A DNA stretch of 64,000 nucleotides from a virus (Duplodnaviria > Caudoviricetes), in IMG/VR virus record IMGVR_UViG_2565956520_000001. One strand, written 5' to 3'. The notes under the pieces are model-generated. The model made no database searches. It was given only the letters and a program-made list of their open reading frames with translations, and was not told where the DNA came from. The translations under genes and the position numbers were made by a program. Positions 37,497-46,900 of this stretch are shown piece by piece (the stretch's first letter is position 1; each line of letters begins with the position of its first letter).

Positions 37497-37856
37497 TCAT
37501 ACCTTCACTTGCTTCTTTCTTAACTTCAAAACCCCTGCTCCAAATTCTATTTCTTCATAATCTTTATATAACGCAACAAGAACAGTCACCCCTATAGCTA
37601 CAGCTGGTATTATTGCGGCTATTTCCATGCCAGATAAAGCGGCAACCGAAGTGACCGCTGCAGCTCCAATCGGGCCTGTTAATGCGGCAACACCTCCAAG
37701 ACCCAACATTGCAGCAATGCCTGCGGCACCAACTAATGCAATTTTTTTTGTACTATGAAGCTTGTCAGCGAATTCACCATAAACGATGATTTGATCGGCT
37801 CCACTACTCATAGCTTCTTCAAGTTCTTCTTTCGTATAAACTACAACTTCTTCCAA
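37497..37856 (-). CDS. Small Gly/Ala-rich membrane protein
   Basis: AAGGAG RBS before TTG 37856; glycine-zipper-like hydrophobic core. Confidence 0.65.
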   Translation of the reverse strand: MEEVVVYTKEELEEAMSSGADQIIVYGEFADKLHSTKKIALVGAAGIAAMLGLGGVAALTGPIGAAAVTSVAALSGMEIAAIIPAVAIGVTVLVALYKDYEEIEFGAGVLKLRKKQVKV

Positions 37857-37907
37857 AATAGCACTCCTTATATTCATAAATAAAAACAACTAAGCCTATT
37901 CAAACTA

Positions 37908-40900
37908 TCACTTCATAACCCGCCTCACAACCAGATTCCGCTTCTCCAAAAGACCATCAATCCGCACCCGCTTCTCATCAGGTGTAAGCTTCCTGGAACG
38001 ATGAATCTGTCGCATAGCAGTTTCAATCTGAGCAAGCGCACGGCGTAGCTGATTGTATGGCTGGCGTTTAGCAAGAATCTTTCTGTTATCCGGATCTTTC
38101 ACCAGAGCTTTGGCTTTATCCGCTTCGCCAGTTTTTGCGTAGTTCATTACCGTTGAATAGAGTTCATCGGCTTGCTCAACCATGTCGTACAATTCTGTCA
38201 GATGGCAGCTATGCCTTGAGGGTGTAGATCTAAAGAAACTTTTAATTAGCGGCATGTCGTCTAGACGTCTGGACGGCAATTCCGGTGCATCCACCATTTC
38301 GCGGGTTACAATGTCCGCCATGCTCATCACGTAAACACCCAGCGTTCCGAAATAGCCATTAACAAGATGCTCGATGCGCTTAGGACTAGTTCCTGTCTTC
38401 TCACCAATCAAAGCTGCTGTCTCGCTGGTACGATGATCGCGTTGCGCTCCAGGCTGAAGCCTTTTCAAACGCATAGGAACGATCGCTCTGCCAGTGAAGA
38501 AACTCTTGTCTGCCCACTGCTCAAGAATCGGCGTTACAATCTGCGGAGTGCCTACAGAGAATGTCTGCGTCAGCATAAACTGAAGACGTTCACGAAGCAG
38601 ATCCCCGTCCTTACCATCCAGCGAATACTCGGTTAACCTTTCCGGAAGAGTTCCAAATATGGCTCCAATCTCAAAAGGTTTAGGCATTCTGAAATGTTTT
38701 TCATCCACAAAGAAGTGATAGTAATTGTCCCGATCCCAATGTTCCAGTCCCTTAAATTCTTCCCGATCCCGATTATTCAGATAGAGCAACACAGAAGCCA
38801 GCGCGACCATTGCGCCCTTGGTCATAAATCCGGACGGATTCTCATACGCCCCTCTACCCAATCTATTCAGCCCGACCATTCTTGCACCGAAGAACGGGAC
38901 AGTTTCACAAAGGAACCGTGTGGCCAGCCAGTCACCGCCCATGGAATAATCCATGATGTCCTTGGCTTCATACGCAGCTTCAAGATGACTACCGCCCTTT
39001 TTCTTTACACCTTCATAAAGGCGCGCACGGGTCGCATTCTCAAATGCAGAACCTAAGTCCTGCCATTTCATCCAGCCCAGTTTAGCAAAGTTGGCCAACT
39101 TTTTAGGAGTATCGAGAATTGAGTCACGATCAATTTTATGCTTCTTTACCAGCTTCTCAACCAACAGCTTTGCAGCCGCAGGATCATGCCCAAAAGCATA
39201 ACCACCATGGAAAGCTGCTCCGGCGGCCATCATTTTAATAGTGTCTTCATCCTTACTCAGAGTTTTGATTGCACCCTTGAATGACCCGACCACAGGCAAA
39301 AAAGTTCCAGTCCGATCGACGCCCCAACCGTGGACCGTATCGCGCACAAGGTTGCGAACCATGAAGTCAGGAGTGGAAGTAATTCCAGTTGTAAGCATCC
39401 GCTTAAACAGCCGAGCTGTTTTCATTCCGAAGTTATTCCAGCTCTGCATATTTACCGAAGTCAGCGATCGGAGCAGGAGCGGATCAGCGATGTGGTAATA
39501 GACAGGCTTGCCGTCACGAAGCACAGAAACAACATCCTTTGCATCCGGCTTTACCATCCTAAAAACAGTCTGCAATGAATCACGCTGCGCCTTGGTCATT
39601 TTGGCAACAGCATCTTCATCCCCGAACACTTTAACCAAGGAAGAGCGCAAAGCCTGCCCCTTCAGCTTAAGTGCTTCCCACTTAAATTCTGCATTGGTTG
39701 CAATGCCGATATTCTCAGCATGAACCATGGAAAGTTCCATAGCTCTGTTCTTCACAGAAGTGTCGATCAAATGCGAAAAGTTGCGGATGATATTTTCAAA
39801 CGGATCACCGAGATTCGAAGTTCCACCCCGTAGCCGGCGAATGCCAGAATACTGATTTGCAATTCCCTTGCTACCGTGTGGCGACTTAACACTTGCCTTC
39901 TCTTCACCAGTTTCATTGATACGATAGAAAGGAATATACTCGTCATGTTCCCAAAGAGTGCGACCAGCTGCGTTAATAACTCCGGCATCCTGAGCAAAGT
40001 CCAGAACCTTGGTTTTGAACTCGATATACTTCTTCTGAACCGCTTCATATTGCGCTTCACGGCCAGAATTCAGTTTGCAAAGTTCATCTATTTCCTCTTC
40101 GGTAAACAGATTCTCGCGCCCTTCAGCCATAAGCTTTTTAGCTCGAAGCCCCACAAGCCAGCCAGTGAATCTATCCAACTCATGTGCAACCGGCTCAAAT
40201 ATCGTTGCCAGCCCTTCGCCCTCAACATCCATAGCCCCTTCACGCCAGATAGGTGCGCCGTGCTCGATGACAGCCGCAATCTGATCAGCATGTGAAGTAG
40301 ACATTCTAGCCGCCACATAAGCGGACTCTTCCATATCCGTAACTCCAGCCGCTTTATCAAGATCCTTGAGCGAATCAAAACGATCAAACATGCCCTGGTT
40401 AAACTCAGTGGCCATAAATTCACGAATGCGCCCTATGCGTTCACCAATGGTAGTTTTTTCTTTAACTTGTCCGATCTTGGCCATAGCAGATTCACGAACA
40501 GGATTTGAACGGGAATAAGAAACGGCTTCAGCTCCACCTCTAGGTGAAGGAGAATGTAAACCGTCACCTTGCACTGTCCAGAAAACAGCATCAGCAACTA
40601 TACGGTTAATCTCACGGCGAGTCAGCGAACCGGGCAGACGTATGCGAAGCTTGGCCAGCCATTTCATGACGGCATCAACAACCTTACGCCACACCCCTTT
40701 TTCACGCTGAGTCAGAACCTTATTCTGATCCACCTTTTCAGCAAGCTGAGCCAAATATTCATGACTGGCCATATCTCTGCCGGAATCAGTGGCAAGATCA
40801 AAATCGTAATCCAAAGCTATATCTTTAAATTCTTTACTACGCTTTGCAGATCTCCCAACCTTGCGGAGCATCTGCACATAATCGCTGTCACCAAGAAGCC

Positions 40901-43900
40901 CACGCAATCCGTGATGCGCTCCTTGTTCATGCATCCAGAGTTCCACGGCCCGTTTGCGTGAAGAAATGTTCTCCGCAACCATCCAGACCTTTCCGGTCTT
41001 AGGATCATTGCAGGCTTCACAATAGCCGCCACCCTGCGCATTAAATGCCTTACGGATATGTTCAGGAAGATCTTCGAAAAGACTAACCACTTCCAAAGGC
41101 AGCGCGTTTTCAGCTCGTGCCTGAAGTTCCTGCACAGCTCCGCGCACGGATCTAACAGAAGTAGGATTACGAATAGTGGATGTCTTGGAGAAATGGATTG
41201 GATTATCAGAATCTGAGGATTGACGTTTAGACGCTTTGACGTCTTGACGTCCTGACGTTGTGCCGCTTTGACGGTCGGACGGCTTGCCGCTTTGTTGGCT
41301 TGCATACTCTGCGAGTACGGAAACAAGGGAATCACGGACTTTTTGAATATCTCTAAAATAACGGCTCGACTGATCATGTTTACCAAACACAGCCAGAACC
41401 TTATCAATCATGCGGCGTATTTTACGAGCTACACGGCGAAAAAGAGTAGGGTTTGCAGCTTCCAGTTCATGCCAGAAATCAGGGTCCATGAACTGTTCAC
41501 CGGATAAATTGCCAAGCAGCTCTTCATTAGCTTGCCCTGAAGACAACCCCTTTCCACCCGCTTTTCTAGTCGTGGCGTCAATATCTTTATGAAACCCACG
41601 CCAAGCTTCACCTTTGCGCTGAGACTGAGCAACCATAAGATATTTATTGTAAAGAGCCGGGGCATCACGCTTTAAAAAATGGATTATTTCGTGACCAAGA
41701 AGGAAAAGATGGGGTTCATTGGCATCTGGGCGCATAAAGACAACGCCCTGTTTTAGATCCGCATGAGCATCACCTGGGAGAATAGGTAGATCAGAAGCTA
41801 CATAAGTAATTTCCTTACCGAACAAACCAGCAAGCTTGTCCAACAAAGCAAAATCACCAGTTCTTACTCCTGACTCACTCTTTACTGATGCTGCTGGCAG
41901 GCTTCCTGTTTCAGTCTCTCGCTTTCTTCCGCCCCTAGAATCTGTTCCGGACGGAATTCCTTGCGTTTCTGTGAACTGACTTTCAGCCTCTCGAGTCTGG
42001 CTGCCTCCTGCTCTGCTACTTCCTCTGGATCTGGAAACGGAAACATGCAAGTCAACCGGGTCGACTTCGAAGATGGATCCATCTGCGAATTCGAGTCCGT
42101 ATTCCCTGCGGATTTTTTCCGCGTAAATATCTGTTCGTCTTGTTCTTCGTGGGTTTTCATAACTACTCCGCTTAACGAGATCAATATCACCAAGTGAAGC
42201 CGGAAGTCTATCCAGTTCTTGAGCTATACTTTCAAGCGGATTTTCACCCTGATAGAAAGCCCAGCCCTTTTCGGTTCTGTTCCATTTGGCTCCGGCATCC
42301 TTCAGAACTTTTTTGTTAGCATACGTCTCGCCAGTGACTACCCAGAAACCACCTTTTGAATTCGTAATTCTTTCCAGTTCAAGACCGGCATCATTAAATA
42401 TAGTCTCGCTATCAACTGTCTTAACGAATCTTTCTGGAGCTGTTACGTCCTGAATCCGCTCAAATAGTTCTTCAACTTTGCCAGCGTTAAAATCAATTCT
42501 TGATTTGGTCTGTAAATTCTCAGCACCTTCGCTAACCTTATCAATTATGACGATTCTGGTTTTAACTTTAGTACCGGCACGACCGAAAGTCTCAGGAGGT
42601 AAACCGAATTCGGCAACCTTATGCGCGTGCTCTGCTTCCTCAGATTCATACCACTTATCAAACTTGCGATCTGCCGCCGGACCTTCAGGGAGAATACAAA
42701 CAACTCGGCCACCCTCACGTAAATGAATGAATGCTTTGGCAAGATGATCAACCGCCATTTTGCCACCGCTACCAAACGGCGGATTCATGGCGATCCCGTC
42801 AAACTTATTTACGGCCGCAAGAGTTTCAAACTGATCATTGATTTTGCGCCCGTCACAAATAACAGACATCTTGGAAAACAATTCGTCAGAAGGTTCAACT
42901 ACCGTTATCTCAGCTGATTCAGGAAAGTACCTGGCAATAGCGCCATGTCCGGCTGAAGGCTCCAGAACAGATTGCCCAGGCAACAGATTTAACCATTCAG
43001 CCATCTTAAAACCTAGCGGTTCAGGAGTAGCGAAATAGTCCGCGCCTTCTCTGGCCTTGTTGCGTGAGGTCCGCTTTTGCTGGGAATAGTAATGGGTTTT
43101 AGCCTGATCGAATGGAGAAGACTTGCCGCTAAATGAATCTGACTCTTTGCCTCCCTGCCCTTGTTTCATGCTGGGAGAGCTTGAAGATGAATCAAGATAT
43201 CCTTCACGAAAAGCAGTACGCAGATCACGGGCAAGATCACCCATTGCAAGATTCTCAGCTGCTCCGGCACGTTCAGAAATTTTCTGCCCAAACGCTCTGG
43301 ACTCAAAAGAAAGCCCAGTCTTCAGATACTCAATAACTGCGTCTGACTTTAGGCCGAGGCGATATATCCGTCCTTCAGTTTGAATTGCATCAGTGGGCTT
43401 TGTGGGCAGGTAAAGCGAAACTAGAGCGCGCTGTTTCTCACCAGCTTTATCATGCAGTGAAATTCCTTCCTTCCCTGCATCCTTCTGAACAACAATGACA
43501 TCAACACCGCTCCGATCGTCATTGAAATCATTAACAGCTTTAATTCGATCCCTCTTAGACTCTTTACCGGAAAAGAATGCAGCCTTATCAGTGAAAGCCT
43601 TGTTCATTTCATCGCGCACATTCAAAAGACCACGCAGATCCATCCGTGAATATGCCGGATTGCTTGCAGCCCAAGCATCAAACTGCTTCATAATTTTGGG
43701 ATCACCACTTGCAAACCTTGCAAATCGTGCTCGATTAAATGGATGATCCGGAAGACCTTTATTTCTAGAATGGAAAACAACAACCTTTCGGCCAATATCC
43801 AGATGCTGTTGAACCCTCTCAACCGCATTCTTGGCTTTCAATGCCTCCAGCAAACTCATGGTGTAATGGTAGTCAAAAGCCTTATGTACTATTCCAGATA

Positions 43901-46900
43901 AGGCTGGATATTTTTTATGATCCCACATGGATTCGATCCCGGACTGAATCCTTTGCCCCAGCTCAGCCGGAACATCTACGAACTGCCGTGAATAATCTTT
44001 ATCTAGATTCAAACTCCGACCGGAAAGCGCACCTTTCTTTTTCAACCACTCATTGAACGCCCTTTCCATCAATGCGGAATCAACACCGGCTTCAGGAGTC
44101 GTAAGTTTATTGTAGCGCATTCTGTAGCCGAACTTGCTCATCATAAACTGATCCCAGTTCGATCCACTGTTATATGAACTGTTGGTGTCGCCACCTTTAC
44201 CCATATCGCTATCAAACAAAAAACCGTCCGCATAACGAATCGTTTTATCGTAGGCAAAAGGAGAAGCAGAAAGGAATACAACCTTGGTATTCATGATGCG
44301 GGCTACTTTGTCATCGATGCGCTTCAGCAGTGCTTCAGATAGATATTTGTCGGGGATGTTCCAAGGAGTTTCTTCAAAATTCTCAGTGAGCTTAAAATCC
44401 TTTAGCTTTTTGGCTTCCTTCAGCATGTCACTTTGAAAGACTTTTCTAGCACTGATATCAGGACGATTTGGTCCAGCCAGCCTGTGCATCATATTCAAAG
44501 CATGGGTATCATTACCCTGAGCATTTTCGCAAAGTTTGTGGGATTCATCGAATACGAGAAGATCAAAGTCACGAGCAAACAAGGCTTCGTTCTGCCCAAA
44601 ATTAGCATAGCTTGTGACAATAATGCCTTCACCAGAATCTTTAAGACCTTCAAGCTGGGTAATATCAAGGTGAAGATTTTGACCGTCTTCAATCCAATCC
44701 TGAGCTTTTTTATCGGTCGGAACAACTACGGCTATATTTGTCTTACCCTGCCGGACAAAACGCTTCATAACACCGAGTCCGGTGTACGTTTTTCCCGTAC
44801 CAGTCCCGTTGGTGAAAATGATTCCACGGTTTGTATCATCTTTAGTATTGGAAAAACGTGCTTCAGCTTTGGCAACGTCTTCCTGTTGCTCCGAAAAGAG
44901 AACGGGAAGAGTTTCGCGAATATTGCTTAGATCTTCAGTGCGAACCTGAGTGGAGGAATCCGCTTCTTGTTGAAGACGGACTTTATCGGCTAACGGTAAA
45001 TGTTGATCTGTAGATGTTTTTCGAAGGGCATCGCCCACACTTCCAGAGAGTTCGCTGGATAATCCGGACTTAGATCCCTGAGCTGTTCCTGATGCTCTGG
45101 AGTCAGTCGATTTTCCAGCGTCATCAGTTCTATGGATTCTTCCAGGCTCAACAGTTCCGGAAGCGCGTTCCGCAGTTCCATCCGGCCGCTCTGTTCCAGA
45201 TATGCTGTTATCGCTTCCCGTTCCAGTAGAAGAGGTAGAACCTGAGTGTAGGAGGTTATCGTCTTGCTCAAGTAACCCTGTTTCTCCATATCGTTCTCCA
45301 TTTCCTGAATCACTAGATCCGCCAGTTCCGGACTCGCCGGAAACAGTCCCTTCGCCCAGTTGGTTCTGAGTTTTTGAGTCTGAGCTATCTGATTCCAAAT
45401 GGCTTGAGGTACTTGATACATCTTTAATAATCTCCTTCTTGTCATTTATACTCTCAATAAAAGCCTTGTCAAAACTTTCTTCCGGCTTCGGAATAGACAC
45501 ACCGGGAAGTAGCCCCTGACCGCCATCCGTCATACTTGCAAATTTTGCATATTCTTCACAAAAAAACTGGAACTTCTGTGCTTTTACACCTTCCCATTGT
45601 CTTGCTCCCAACGCATCAGCAAGAACTCTTGTCTTCTTATCATTTAAGCCGGGAACAGTTTCAATAAGTTGTCCCTGATTAAGAAACTGCTTAACCGAAA
45701 TAGATTCACTTCTGGCTTTTCCGGCAATCCTTAAAGCATCTTGAATAGGGGAATTAAGACTCCAACCTTCCCCTCTACTATTTGCCTGAATAAGGGCAGG
45801 TAAAGCTCTATCCAACTTAGCTAAAGCAGATGGAGGAGCCATATCAAGAACATCATAGTTATCAACCACAACACCACGCAAGGTAGACTCAACAAAATCT
45901 TTTCCATCACTGTTTAAAAGTCCGGTTTCTTTGTTGAACAAACGTCCATGCTGTGTATCCTCAATTACACCATCATTTTTTAAACTACTGACAAAATCAG
46001 TTGATCTTGTTGAATCAAGAAACTGACGCAAAGTATCAAAAGAACCGAGTCCACGGCCAAGACTAGCAAGGGAATCTCTGGAGAGCATCCTTCCACGCGA
46101 AACAGCTTCAGCTTTTGGATCCAATCCTTGAGTAAAATCCTGATTGTAGATTCTGGAGGATCTGGAAAGGTCATTTACTTCATCCTGAAGGACTCTAACC
46201 AAAACAGGATTTTTCATTGTTTTGAGCTCTTCAGGCTTAAGGCCAAACTGTTTAGCCTTTCGTCTTAGCGTATTCTTATACTTAGTAGACTGGCCATTAT
46301 CCTGGTCATAAGCGAGAGCCAAAGACATAATACGGGAATTACCGCCAAGCGTAATTCCATCAGAAGTAATAATCGGAGGACCACTTGCAGCTGTAGGATT
46401 ATCATTTATAAAGTGACGAGGCTTAAGCGGTGAAGCATGTTTTTTAACCTTTTGCTGCTCAGCTGCATCAGAGTGATAAGGGCGTTCCTGCGCTTCTTTA
46501 GGATATGAAGGATGTCTGATAAAATTTTTATGAACGTCATGAGAAGGCACGACGTCTTCAAGTTCTCGAACTTCATACCTAATTGCATCTTGCCCGTCTG
46601 TATGTTCCAGCACAGATTCATTACCTTTTAAGCCTGCCGTCTTGACGTCAAGACGTTCTGACGGCAAACCGCCTGTAACTTCGTCTTGCAATTCCTGAAC
46701 AGCAGTATCAAAAACGTCTTCACTTCCCAGCTCCGGCAAAGCATCAAGCTCTGACGTCTGGACGTCTGGACGGTTTAACGGCAAAGCGTCTTGCTGCCCT
46801 GACGCTTCAATAACCTCCGGACTTTCAAGCTGTTCCAGTTCACGCACGGCAATATCCCATACGTCTTCCAGAGATCCGCCCTGATCTCTGTTAGAACTCA

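Noticed and set aside
28229-46806. CRISPR array or protein-level repeat explanation for the octamer arrays
   Set aside because: No spacers or cas genes; period 8 is out of codon phase
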